A stretch of 64,000 nt of DNA from an uncultured bacterium (GCA_964635295.1 CAZWOB010000001.1:47743-111742); one strand, 5' to 3'. Counted from the first letter of the stretch, positions 32,498 to 41,866 are shown. Notes: generated by a model not told the origin, from the sequence alone. Translations and numbers: made by a program.

Positions 32498-33322
32498 ATG
32501 AATATAAAAAACAGTTGCTTAAGTTATTTTAACGGTTTAAATAATTTATTTTCTAACACAAAAACTTATAAAGATCGTTTAATCTGTAGTTTAAAGATAA
32601 TTTCTTTAGCCACGATCATTATTCCATTATTTGTAGGAATTTCTTATTCGATTTGTATAGGGATAGAGCGCATAAAAGGACGAGTGAAAGTTATCCAGCC
32701 TGATAACAATGGTAATGAACACGCCGAACAAGCAAGAAGAGAAACGTCGGATAACAACAATCCTGTGAGACCAACAGCACAGAGCGTATCCAGCGGTAAC
32801 ACCACTAATACCGTCGAACGTGTAAGAAGACAAACATTTCAGAATACCACCAATATTGGATATGGGAATCTTAGCAAGGCAGAACTAGAGAGGAAATTTT
32901 TCCAGGAGGTTAGATCTGGAAATATCAATGAAGTCGGGAAATTACTACGGCACAACAAAGACCTTGTTCAATGTCGCGATCACAATGGGATGAACGCCCT
33001 TTTTTATGCTGAGACCTCTGAAATGCTTGAATTTCTATTAAAGAGAAATGTTAACCCAAACCAAAAAGCGGATTATGGTTGTAATGGTAAGACCCCTCTT
33101 ATCCATTTTCGCACAAATACAGCATTTATTAAACTCCTATTGAGTCATGGAGCTGATAGAGACATAGCAGATAATAATGGATGGACTGCATTAAGATGGG
33201 CGAGGCGCGATGCAGCTTGGGGAGGTGATCGTTCTATTCGAGATTATGGCCAAAATAATGATGGAGAAGAGTGTCACGAAAATATCAGGCTTCTCAAGCA
33301 CTTTTATCCAGAGACGGTGTAG
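32498..33322 (+). CDS. membrane-anchored ankyrin-repeat protein
   Basis: Start moved to the ATG at 32498 (MNIKNS), because the track start at 32345 overlaps the upstream gene and crosses an AT-rich spacer. TM segment LKIISLATIIIPLFVGISYSICIGI. ANK repeats NGMNALFYA...LLKRNVNPN, GKTPLIH...LLLSHGADRD, NGWTALRWA. Confidence 0.65.
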   Translation: MNIKNSCLSYFNGLNNLFSNTKTYKDRLICSLKIISLATIIIPLFVGISYSICIGIERIKGRVKVIQPDNNGNEHAEQARRETSDNNNPVRPTAQSVSSGNTTNTVERVRRQTFQNTTNIGYGNLSKAELERKFFQEVRSGNINEVGKLLRHNKDLVQCRDHNGMNALFYAETSEMLEFLLKRNVNPNQKADYGCNGKTPLIHFRTNTAFIKLLLSHGADRDIADNNGWTALRWARRDAAWGGDRSIRDYGQNNDGEECHENIRLLKHFYPETV

Positions 33323-33398
33323 TACTCGTCCAGAAACTGAAGGTTGCGGTTAAGAGCGTCATTTGTTAGGGTCGTTGCTAAAAATACACTCCTGATCA

Positions 33399-34163
33399 AT
33401 GATCTCCATCAAAAATATCCGCAAAACATATAATAACGGCCAAACCTATATTGTCGATAATGTCAACCTGGAGATCCCTGAAGGAAAAACTGTCGTCCTT
33501 CTAGGATCCTCCGGATGCGGAAAGACAACTCTTCTCAAAATGATCAATCGCTTGATTGAACCGACGTCCGGCGATATCGTCATCGACAACAAAAACATCC
33601 TCGAATATGACCCGATTACGCTGAAACGTACGATTGGCTACGCATTTCAAGGTGTCGGCCTGTTCCCCCACCTCACCGTCAGCGAAAATGTTACCATTGT
33701 TTTAAAACTGATGGGAATGGATTCAAAACAAATTGAGGAAAGGGTCCTTGAGCTTTTGACAACTGTCAACCTGAATCCCCAAGTCTTTTCCAATCGCTAT
33801 CCCGATGAGCTCTCCGGAGGACAACAGCAACGCGTTGGCGTCGCCAGATCACTCGCTACCTATCCCAAATATCTCCTGATGGATGAACCGTTCGGGGCCC
33901 TGGACGCGATTAACCGGGATGCGATGCAAGAGGAAATGTCAGGGATCAGGGATAAGTTCCATACAACAATCCTGTTTGTCACCCACGACATTTTCGAAGC
34001 TGTCAGATTAGGAGACCTCATTGCTGTCATGAATCAGGGAAAGGTCGAACAGATGGGAACTGCCTCAGAACTGATCAATCATCCCAAAACACCGTTCGTC
34101 GAAAACCTCTTTCTAAAACCTCTGGAACAGCTCAAACTCTACAAAGAGGAGCTGCAAACTTGA
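33399..34163 (+). CDS. ABC transporter ATP-binding protein (osmoprotectant/choline-betaine type)
   Basis: 254 aa. Walker A GSSGCGKTT, signature LSGGQQQRV, Walker B LLMDEPFGALD. Confidence 0.85.
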   Translation: MISIKNIRKTYNNGQTYIVDNVNLEIPEGKTVVLLGSSGCGKTTLLKMINRLIEPTSGDIVIDNKNILEYDPITLKRTIGYAFQGVGLFPHLTVSENVTIVLKLMGMDSKQIEERVLELLTTVNLNPQVFSNRYPDELSGGQQQRVGVARSLATYPKYLLMDEPFGALDAINRDAMQEEMSGIRDKFHTTILFVTHDIFEAVRLGDLIAVMNQGKVEQMGTASELINHPKTPFVENLFLKPLEQLKLYKEELQT

Positions 34164-35671
34164 ACAGCACGCTTTTTTTCACAAAACTTTATGAACAATG
34201 TATCCTTGTCGGCTTAACAACACTAATGGCCATCGGAATTGGGATTCCACTTGGTATCGCTTCGTACAAAGCCTCAAAACTCAAGCCGTGGATCTTCTCT
34301 TTCATCAACATTTGCCAGACAATTCCAAGCCTCGCACTGCTCGCTTGCTTAATTCCCCTTTTGGGAATCGGAATGAAACCAGCCTTGCTGACCATGACTC
34401 TGTACGCCATCATGCCAGTTGTTGTAAATACGTTTTCAGGCTTGGAAGGAATTCCCCCTGAACAGATTGAAGCAGCAGATGGTCTGGGTTTCACTCCCCT
34501 TCAAAAACTTCGCATCGTTGAACTTCCTCTGGCATTTCCGATCATGATTGCAGGCATGCGGACTGCAGCTGTCATGAGCGTCGGCATCGCTACGATTGCA
34601 TCATTCATCGGCGCGGGAGGACTCGGAGACTTTATTTTTCAAGGGATAGCGACGAACAACATCCAGGTCGTCCTCTATGGAGCTGTACCTGCTGCATTGT
34701 TGGCATTGCTCATCGATTATGTGTTCCGAAGAATAGAGTCTTATTGTCTGACTTCACATGAAACGATCGGCAGATCAATTGCAAAGATCGCCGCCGTTTT
34801 TCTACTCTTAATGACCCTTGTCACGATCAGCCAATATGGAAAAAAGTCTGCTGAATATCCACCGATCACAGTGGCGTCCAAAAATTTTACGGAACAATAT
34901 ATTCTCGGAGAAATGATCGCACAGTTAATCGAGGCGAACACCCCCTATCCTGTCAATCGCAAGTTCAGTTTAGGAGCAACGGACCTGTGCCACCAGGCGA
35001 TGCTCAACGGTGAGATCGATATCTATCCTGAATACACGGGTACGGCTCATCTGTTGATTTTAAAAGAGAAAAACATCAACTACTCTCCCGATGAATTATT
35101 TGAATTTGTCAATCAAAACTATAAAGATAAATTTAATATCGAGTGGCTGCCCCCTTTAGGATTCAACAACACAGAATCCCTTGCCGCAAGAATCGATCGC
35201 GCTGATGATCAGAAATGGGAATCCATCAGCGATGTGAAAGAAAATGCACATCAACTCACGCTTGGGACATTTGCGGAATTTTACTCAAGACCCGATGGTT
35301 ACCCTGTTTTTAATGAAATATATGGCATTGAATTTGGCAAAGTTGTCCTCCTGGAACCTAGTTTAGTTTACGAAGCTGCCTTACATGGGGAAGTTGATCT
35401 CATTACCGGATTCTCCACCTCAGGCAAGTTGATGGAATATCCTCTTGTCGTCCTTGAAGACGACAAACAAGTATTCCCCCCTTATCATGCAGCAATTTTA
35501 ATTAGACAAAAGCTAGTCCAATCTAAACCTGAGATAAAGGAAATTTTGACTCAACTCTCGGGAATCATTAACGAAGAAGAGATCAGGAACCTTAATTATC
35601 AGGTCGACGTAGAAAAGAAAAACTACGCTGATGTCGCCCATCATTTTTTATTAAGACACGATCTACTTTAG
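34160..35671 (+). CDS. fused ABC permease plus substrate-binding protein (OpuB/OpuC-like)
   Basis: 503 aa. The N-terminal half has several TM segments with an EAA-like loop (EAADGLGFTPLQKLRIVELP). The C-terminal half is a periplasmic-binding-like domain (KNFTEQYILGEMIAQL..., IYPEYTGTA). Confidence 0.8.
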   Translation: MNSTLFFTKLYEQCILVGLTTLMAIGIGIPLGIASYKASKLKPWIFSFINICQTIPSLALLACLIPLLGIGMKPALLTMTLYAIMPVVVNTFSGLEGIPPEQIEAADGLGFTPLQKLRIVELPLAFPIMIAGMRTAAVMSVGIATIASFIGAGGLGDFIFQGIATNNIQVVLYGAVPAALLALLIDYVFRRIESYCLTSHETIGRSIAKIAAVFLLLMTLVTISQYGKKSAEYPPITVASKNFTEQYILGEMIAQLIEANTPYPVNRKFSLGATDLCHQAMLNGEIDIYPEYTGTAHLLILKEKNINYSPDELFEFVNQNYKDKFNIEWLPPLGFNNTESLAARIDRADDQKWESISDVKENAHQLTLGTFAEFYSRPDGYPVFNEIYGIEFGKVVLLEPSLVYEAALHGEVDLITGFSTSGKLMEYPLVVLEDDKQVFPPYHAAILIRQKLVQSKPEIKEILTQLSGIINEEEIRNLNYQVDVEKKNYADVAHHFLLRHDLL

Positions 35672-35799
35672 CAAATACTTTCATATTAACATAATTATAT
35701 TAGTTTAAAGTAAAGTAATTGTAAATTTATTATTTACAAGAAAATTCCAATGAAATGTATAGTTGTGTTAGGATGAGGGTATCCAAAAAAAAGGAGTAA

Positions 35800-36387
35800 A
35801 TGATGACGGCATTGCTTATTATCATCGGTATTATTGCCATATTGGCCATTTGGGTTATCGGTATTTACAACGGCCTCGTTAGATTGCGCAACCAGGTAAA
35901 AAATGCTTGGGCGCAGATCGACGTTCAACTCCAACGCCGCTATGATCTTATCCCCAACCTTGTTGAAACGGTCAAGGGATACATGGCACACGAAAAAGGA
36001 ACGCTTGAAGCTGTGATCAACGCAAGGAATCAAGCATCCCAGGCGCGTAAAGATGTTGGCGGAGTTCCCCAGGAAGGACAGCTCAAGGACCTGATGGGAG
36101 CTGAAACAGCACTGAGAGGTGCTTTAGGAAACTTTTTTGCTTTAGCGGAAAGTTACCCGGACCTGAAAGCAAACACGACGATGCAAAATCTTCAAGAAGA
36201 GCTGAGCTCAACGGAAAACAAAGTGGCCTTCTCAAGACAGTCATATAATGACCAAGTGCTTCATTACAATACGATGCAGCAACAATTTCCCGCCGTCATG
36301 TTCGCCTCGGCTTTTGGTCACTCACCTGCCGACCTTTATGAGGTGGAAGAACCCGAAGCGAAAAAAGCGGTGAAAGTGGCGTTCTAA
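35800..36387 (+). CDS. lemA: LemA family protein
   Basis: 195 aa. N-terminal TM, then NGLVRLRNQVKNAWAQIDVQLQRRYDLIPNLVETVKGY. Confidence 0.85.
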   Translation: MMTALLIIIGIIAILAIWVIGIYNGLVRLRNQVKNAWAQIDVQLQRRYDLIPNLVETVKGYMAHEKGTLEAVINARNQASQARKDVGGVPQEGQLKDLMGAETALRGALGNFFALAESYPDLKANTTMQNLQEELSSTENKVAFSRQSYNDQVLHYNTMQQQFPAVMFASAFGHSPADLYEVEEPEAKKAVKVAF

Positions 36388-37367
36388 TGGACTTTTGGGC
36401 TGCTCAGCACAGGGCGAGAAAGAAAACAAAAATTTATCTCGCCGCCTTTCTCCTGATCACATTCGGCATGGCATTCTTGCTGGAAGTGATCATGCGGGAC
36501 TCTTCGCCAAATTACGCGCAATCGTTCCCTATTATCGGTCCGCTATTTTTGGCGATCACCTTCTGTGTTGCAGGATTTCAATATTTGATGTACAGCTCTA
36601 AGGGAGGTGCCTACGTTGCCGAGTCTGTCGGGGCGAGGCGTGTTGACTCCAAGACAACCAATCCTATAGAAAGAAAACTGCTTAACATTGTAGAAGAGAT
36701 TGCTATTTCTGCCTCTCTTCCCGTACCTCCGATCTATATCATCCCTGCATCCCAGATCAACGCTTTTGCTGCCGGTTTATCACCTGACAATGCCGCGATC
36801 GCGATCACGGAAGGGGCATTGATGAAACTCGATAGAGATGAGGTTCAGGGAGTAATCGCTCATGAATTCGGACATATCTACAATGGAGACATGGGGATCA
36901 GCCTGCGTCTTGCAGCGATGGTGATGGGGTTCTTTTTTGTGCTCTATTTTGCCCTGAGAATTTTTCAATTTGCCTCGCTGACGGGGAGAAGCCGAAACAA
37001 TCAGAAAGGAGGCGCCCCGATCCTTCTCGTTGCATTGCTGTTGATGGGAGCGGGGATATTCACTTGGTTTGCAGGGTCTGTCCTTAAGGCGATGGTCAGC
37101 CGCGAACGGGAATATTTAGCTGACGCCTGTTCCGTTCAATTTACGAGAAACCCCGATGGGATAGCGAGCGCCCTTAAAAAGATAGCGGTCGATCAAACAC
37201 AAGATATGCCGAAACAGGGAATGGCCTATTCCCACATGTACCTGGATAACCACTCTGGGTTTTCCGCCCTCTTCGCGACCCACCCCCCTTTAAAGAAAAG
37301 AATAGAGGCCATTCTGGGCAAAACCTATATGCCCGATGAATGGCCCCCGCGACCACACCAACAATAA
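36387..37367 (+). CDS. htpX: M48 family zinc metalloprotease (HtpX-like)
   Basis: 326 aa. HEFGH zinc motif with TM segments. Abuts the lemA stop (TAATG). Confidence 0.8.
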   Translation: MDFWAAQHRARKKTKIYLAAFLLITFGMAFLLEVIMRDSSPNYAQSFPIIGPLFLAITFCVAGFQYLMYSSKGGAYVAESVGARRVDSKTTNPIERKLLNIVEEIAISASLPVPPIYIIPASQINAFAAGLSPDNAAIAITEGALMKLDRDEVQGVIAHEFGHIYNGDMGISLRLAAMVMGFFFVLYFALRIFQFASLTGRSRNNQKGGAPILLVALLLMGAGIFTWFAGSVLKAMVSREREYLADACSVQFTRNPDGIASALKKIAVDQTQDMPKQGMAYSHMYLDNHSGFSALFATHPPLKKRIEAILGKTYMPDEWPPRPHQQ

Positions 37368-37820
37368 CTACTTTTTGGAAAAGGCTCTTTCTAAAATGTA
37401 ATCGACAGAAATTTTTCCAGGACCGAAACAGAGAACTGTTAACGAAGTTAACAAATAGTTGAACGGTGTCTGATTGATGAATCGTTGAGGATTTTCCAAT
37501 ACGCCGAAAGTCGCATCGCCATGAGCAGTCAACAATGCGACAATCATTGTGACAGCCAATGGGATCGCTACAAGCCTGGAGGCAAAACCGGCAAGAAGAC
37601 AGATTCCTCCGACAGCCTCGACCCAGCCGACCATAGGCGCCATGATCTCAGGAAAAGGGATCCCCAATGAGCTAAAAAAATCGATGACCGGTGCCGTGTT
37701 TTGTATCTTTCCAAATCCCGCTTGAAAAAAGGAATAACCCCAATAAAGCCTTAAGGCTAAAAGGAAGTAAGTTTGCAAAAACTCTCCTAAACAGACAATT
37801 TTATCATAAAGCGAACGCAT
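37368..37820 (-). CDS. DoxX family membrane protein
   Basis: 150 aa. LRLYWGYSFFQAGFGKI ... VEAVGGICLLAGFASRLVAIPLAVTMIVALLTAH. Confidence 0.75.
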   Translation of the reverse strand: MRSLYDKIVCLGEFLQTYFLLALRLYWGYSFFQAGFGKIQNTAPVIDFFSSLGIPFPEIMAPMVGWVEAVGGICLLAGFASRLVAIPLAVTMIVALLTAHGDATFGVLENPQRFINQTPFNYLLTSLTVLCFGPGKISVDYILERAFSKK

Positions 37821-37904
37821 GTTTATCTCCCATTTGATATTGAATATTTAAATTTATCTATTCATCCATGTTTTGACAAGCAATTTTTTCTTGAGAAGAA
37901 ACAG

Positions 37905-38120
37905 GTGAAAGCGATATGTATTAATAATATGGACAACACTAAACCAATCTTCGAAAAGAAAGGGTATCTGATCGCCCTGCTTACCTTTGTTGTCACCTTT
38001 TTTCTCTTCTATGCCTGGACGAGCGAGCTCCTCTGGTGTTTGATCGCTTCGATCATCAATGCTGCCATCATGTGGGGAACATATATCGTCATCCGTATGT
38101 GTTATCTTGCTTCCCGTTAA
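37905..38120 (+). CDS. possible small membrane protein
   Basis: 71 aa with two hydrophobic segments. It competes with the antisense ORF 37854..38123, so coding status is uncertain. Confidence 0.3.
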   Translation: MKAICINNMDNTKPIFEKKGYLIALLTFVVTFFLFYAWTSELLWCLIASIINAAIMWGTYIVIRMCYLASR

Positions 38121-38240
38121 CAAACAATATCATACGACTTACCTTTATTTTTTTATAAATTTTGTGTTTTAAAAAATGACATCGATCCTGTAAATATTAA
38201 AAATTATTCCTTAACCAAGCCCCCACAAGGAGGTATATCC

Positions 38241-39767
38241 ATGAGCGCAGTACAAAGAACAGATGAGGCTGCCGGAAGAGTAGAAGCTGCTGCTTCTTCA
38301 TCCGATTCAAAAATCACAACAGCAGTTCCTGCCATTGTTACGACAATCAACCGACTTCAAGCTGAAATTCTTAAAGCCGGCACTCTCGAAGAAGCTCGCG
38401 CAAAAGCACGCGAACTCGATAAAGCATTGGGAACGATTACGGATGGGTATTCAGAACTCTACCGCGCTGCAAGCGATGTCTCTGAACTGGCTTCCCCATT
38501 TTTAAGAGGTGAAAAACCTCAATTCCCTTCCAAAAGGGAAGGTGTGCAAGCACGCAAACAGGCGATGGAAGCTGTACGCGAACTCGATACTGTCCGTCAA
38601 AGAGTTTCTGGGGATGTGGTCGAAAGAGAAGTGACTGTAACACCAAACTACCTCCCTGAAGTTCAAGGGATTTCGGCTTCCCTTAAAAAATTAAGCGGAT
38701 CGTTGCATGCACTTATGACCGATGCTCTCAACCCGGATAAGCAAGCGGATATTGAGTCTTTGAAATCACAATTAGCCGACCATCGGGGACAATTCGAGGA
38801 ATTAGGCGCCCATGCGGCAAGTTTGCAAGAGCCGGTAAGCGACAAAGCTGTCGCCCTTGATAAATTTATTGAAGACACCCGAGACCATACGGCAAAAATT
38901 GCAATTGCAAGAGCTGTATGCGACTGGGAACTGGCACGTATCGATATTTTCGCTAACGCACTTGCTAACCTCGATGCCCTTCAGCAAAACATTGCCGGAC
39001 TTAATCAGGATGTAGAAGACCTCAAATCTTATCTTAGGGAAAATCCATACAAGGATGTCGATCCCGTCAAGTTGGCCATTCGTGCAATTTTAGACAATCC
39101 TGGTGAAAGAACCCTGAAAGCTGTTGAAGAAGATATTGCCGCGCTAATCGCCCAGTATCCGGAATCTGCTCCAGGAGCTATTGTTGAAGCTTTAAGCACA
39201 CAATTAAAAGAAGCTCCGGAAACGAAAATTTCAGACGCAGCAGACAATATCCGCGCAGTTCTTGCTAAGTTGCCTGAATCTGCAATTGACAAGGCAACAA
39301 GAGATTTTGCAGCCATCGTTAGAAAATATAATGAATACAAAGGGTTGGCAGAAGAGCATAGAGATGCGGCTGAGGCTGCGATCGCCTCTATCATCAAAAT
39401 GCTGGGCGATGCGGAAAAAGATCTTATTGCTGATGTCAATAAGATCCCATTCCACGATCCCGATGTTCAGAGCCTGGCCGAAAAGGAGATGAAGCAAGAG
39501 ATTGCACGCATGCAGTCAGAAAGGGAGTCTCTTCTTTCTACATTGAGACAAAAATGGAAAGTGATTACCGATCAGCTGACTAATAATTCCAGAGATCATC
39601 TGCTCTACGAAGTCAATCGTGAAGGGTATGCGATTTTTGTCAATCGTGGTCAACCTCCAAAAGACTTCACATTTAACATGTGGGGCTTTGGCTGGAATCC
39701 AGAACAGTATGTCAAGGCAATGGCGCCAAAAAAAGATGAAGGAGCTGCTTCTTCTTCCAGTCAATAA
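38241..39767 (+). CDS. orphan Ala/Glu-rich all-helical protein
   Basis: 508 aa. Good RBS AAGGAGG. No recognisable motif. Several antisense shadow ORFs indicate biased composition. Confidence 0.55.
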   Translation: MSAVQRTDEAAGRVEAAASSSDSKITTAVPAIVTTINRLQAEILKAGTLEEARAKARELDKALGTITDGYSELYRAASDVSELASPFLRGEKPQFPSKREGVQARKQAMEAVRELDTVRQRVSGDVVEREVTVTPNYLPEVQGISASLKKLSGSLHALMTDALNPDKQADIESLKSQLADHRGQFEELGAHAASLQEPVSDKAVALDKFIEDTRDHTAKIAIARAVCDWELARIDIFANALANLDALQQNIAGLNQDVEDLKSYLRENPYKDVDPVKLAIRAILDNPGERTLKAVEEDIAALIAQYPESAPGAIVEALSTQLKEAPETKISDAADNIRAVLAKLPESAIDKATRDFAAIVRKYNEYKGLAEEHRDAAEAAIASIIKMLGDAEKDLIADVNKIPFHDPDVQSLAEKEMKQEIARMQSERESLLSTLRQKWKVITDQLTNNSRDHLLYEVNREGYAIFVNRGQPPKDFTFNMWGFGWNPEQYVKAMAPKKDEGAASSSSQ

Positions 39768-39784
39768 TTTGACATTTCCAGTGT

Positions 39785-39800
39785 CCGGGCTTCGGCCCGG
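39785..39800. terminator. short GC hairpin between convergent genes
   Basis: CCGGGC-TTCG-GCCCGG lies between 38241..39767 (+) and 39816..40778 (-). No clear U-tract. Confidence 0.35.
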
Positions 39801-39815
39801 GCATTAGAGCGGCTC

Positions 39816-40778
39816 TTATCTTTTACTGACAGGCCCGCCTCCCCCGCCAACTTGATTAAATCCTTCCTCAATTGCATTTTTCGCTTTTATCCAAAGACGC
39901 TCCATCTGCTTGATGTGCGGACCTTGATAAAGGATATAGACACGCCATCTCCAGGGTTCTAATCTCACTGCGAGAGGCAGTGGACGTTTTCCTACATCTC
40001 TTTCGGGATGGTTGAATGCATAATGATAGCCATACATCCGCTGCCTGAACTGCTGGCATGTTTCTCCGATCAACCATTTTCCGTCATCCCTGCGGAATCC
40101 ATAGACGACATGAGTTTTTTTCGCACCACTTGGAGAGGAATCGACAAACAACCTCGCCCGGCGTTTAAATTGCCGGCTCTTAATCCGATAACCTTTTTCA
40201 GGGGTCTGAAACGAGGTCTTAGGCAAATCGTCAGGGTTTACTGGCTCGTCGTCTGCGATCGTTCCACCACCGCCGCCTTTCACCTTGTTAAAACCATTTT
40301 CCAATGTATCGTGGTCCAACATCACTTCAGTTTCCAGATCGCCTTCAAAATCATCATATTTAGTGGTAGGCACTACCCCCATCACGTACTTATTCGGAGA
40401 GCGCCTCATAGCCTCATATAACTCGCCCTGGCCACGATCAGCTTCAGCATGACGGGCACAGTACAAATGTTGCTGCATCCGTCGGCGAAAATCTTGCCTA
40501 GTCACTCCGACTTTTCCCTCGCCAGTACCCCTGTGCTTTATTTTATAGATCTTTACCTGTCCGCGACTGTGCTCTTTTGCTCCGGGAGTAAAGGCAACGG
40601 TCAAATTTCTTCTGACAGGATAATAGCGTAAAGGACTGGCAAATTTTCTTGTTTTTGCAACCTCGTCAGTTTTTTGAACCTGATTGGGATCCCGGTTTTC
40701 ATCCGCTCCCCTAACTGGGGTTGCAGGAGAAAAAGAATAATCGGTTTTTAAAGTTGCTTGAGGGATTGGTGATGTCAT
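39816..40778 (-). CDS. protein with two tandem GIY-YIG-like domains
   Basis: 320 aa. Domain 1 is KIYKIKHRGTGEGKVGVTRQDFRRRMQQH ... ENGFNKVKGGGGG. Domain 2 is VVYGFRRDDGKWLIGETCQQFRQRMYGYH ... EEGFNQVGGGGGP. Confidence 0.5.
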   Translation of the reverse strand: MTSPIPQATLKTDYSFSPATPVRGADENRDPNQVQKTDEVAKTRKFASPLRYYPVRRNLTVAFTPGAKEHSRGQVKIYKIKHRGTGEGKVGVTRQDFRRRMQQHLYCARHAEADRGQGELYEAMRRSPNKYVMGVVPTTKYDDFEGDLETEVMLDHDTLENGFNKVKGGGGGTIADDEPVNPDDLPKTSFQTPEKGYRIKSRQFKRRARLFVDSSPSGAKKTHVVYGFRRDDGKWLIGETCQQFRQRMYGYHYAFNHPERDVGKRPLPLAVRLEPWRWRVYILYQGPHIKQMERLWIKAKNAIEEGFNQVGGGGGPVSKR

Positions 40779-40927
40779 AGGTATAAAATAAATTACAAAT
40801 TTAATTTTTTAATTTTAGCATAAAATATTTATAATGTCAATTTAATTATAGTTTATCCGAACAATGAATACCTGATCGAAAGACATCTTAACGATAACAG
40901 GGATATAAGATTAGTAAGGATAAATAC

Positions 40928-41866
40928 TCACTGAACAGACACCCTCTTATATGTAAAATGGATCTTTTGACCGAAAACATGTCCAAGTCCCAATTCCATC
41001 TCATCGATCAGCTCTTGCCGATATTCAGGAAAATGAGAGGAGACCCACTGCTCCATACTTTGGCAAACTCTGACCAAATGTTCAATCTGTGCTTCCTTGG
41101 ATTGAACGGACTCATCGACAATCAGATCTTCCACGCCGAAATGGACGGGCTTTTCACCGACAAACCCATTATTGTTCATCACATCTTTTTCCCAATCATG
41201 GATACCAAGAGCATACTGCCTTAAATAAAGCGCAATGGTTTGGCGGATCCGTTTCTTCGCCCTTCGCACATTATCTCGGCTCAGCAATTGGTCCATCTCA
41301 TCACGCAAAGGAACAGCCCGCTGTTGAATGACGAAAGCGAGCGGATCAAGATCCACAGTCCATTCCCTCCCTAATTTATCAGTTACGGAAACTGCTCGGT
41401 TCAATCTCTGCGAGTTATTAAAATGCATATACAGACATCCGCTTTCGGGGCGGTAAACATCATACGCAAGTTTATAGGAATTGAGAAGGCCTTCTAATTG
41501 TTGCCTCTTTTCCAGTTCAATAGACTGTTTATATTCCTGCAGCTTTCCGACAGAAGGGATAAGGGTAAACAACGGCGATGGCTTAAGGTGTTTCACAATA
41601 AACATCTTTAACACCCACTTTCCATCTTCGCTCAAGAACGCGTAGCACTGATCGCCTTTTCCCAGATAAGTGAAATGCTGATGCAAGATATGATTTAAAA
41701 GGTGTTTTTGCACAGGGGCTAAACTCTCTACTTCCCATTCTGGGTGATAGGGAACTTCATATTGAACGTTGGAAATGCGAAAATCGTCGGTGTTTGCGAC
41801 AGACCATTTAGTGACAATGAAAAGAATGACAAAAACTGAGATGAGAAGCAAAACGCGCCAATTCAT
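40928..41866 (-). CDS. signal-anchored orphan protein, possibly an atypical kinase fold
   Basis: 312 aa. N-terminal TM. YLGKGDQCYAFLSEDGKWVLKMF (Gly-loop plus Lys-like) and GIHDWEKDVMNNNGF (HxD...N-like). Confidence 0.4.
   Translation of the reverse strand: MNWRVLLLISVFVILFIVTKWSVANTDDFRISNVQYEVPYHPEWEVESLAPVQKHLLNHILHQHFTYLGKGDQCYAFLSEDGKWVLKMFIVKHLKPSPLFTLIPSVGKLQEYKQSIELEKRQQLEGLLNSYKLAYDVYRPESGCLYMHFNNSQRLNRAVSVTDKLGREWTVDLDPLAFVIQQRAVPLRDEMDQLLSRDNVRRAKKRIRQTIALYLRQYALGIHDWEKDVMNNNGFVGEKPVHFGVEDLIVDESVQSKEAQIEHLVRVCQSMEQWVSSHFPEYRQELIDEMELGLGHVFGQKIHFTYKRVSVQ

Noticed and set aside
35734-36033. 99-aa minus-strand ORF overlapping the lemA start
   Set aside because: It is antisense to a clearly recognisable LemA gene and extends into the AT-rich promoter region.
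39029-39439. 136-aa and other antisense ORFs within 38241..39767 (38437..38646, 38663..38878, 38802..38987, 39231..39497, 39516..39764)
   Set aside because: These are multiple overlapping Ala/Ser-rich shadow frames, typical of the reverse strand of an Ala/Glu-rich gene. Only the plus-strand frame is continuous and has an RBS.
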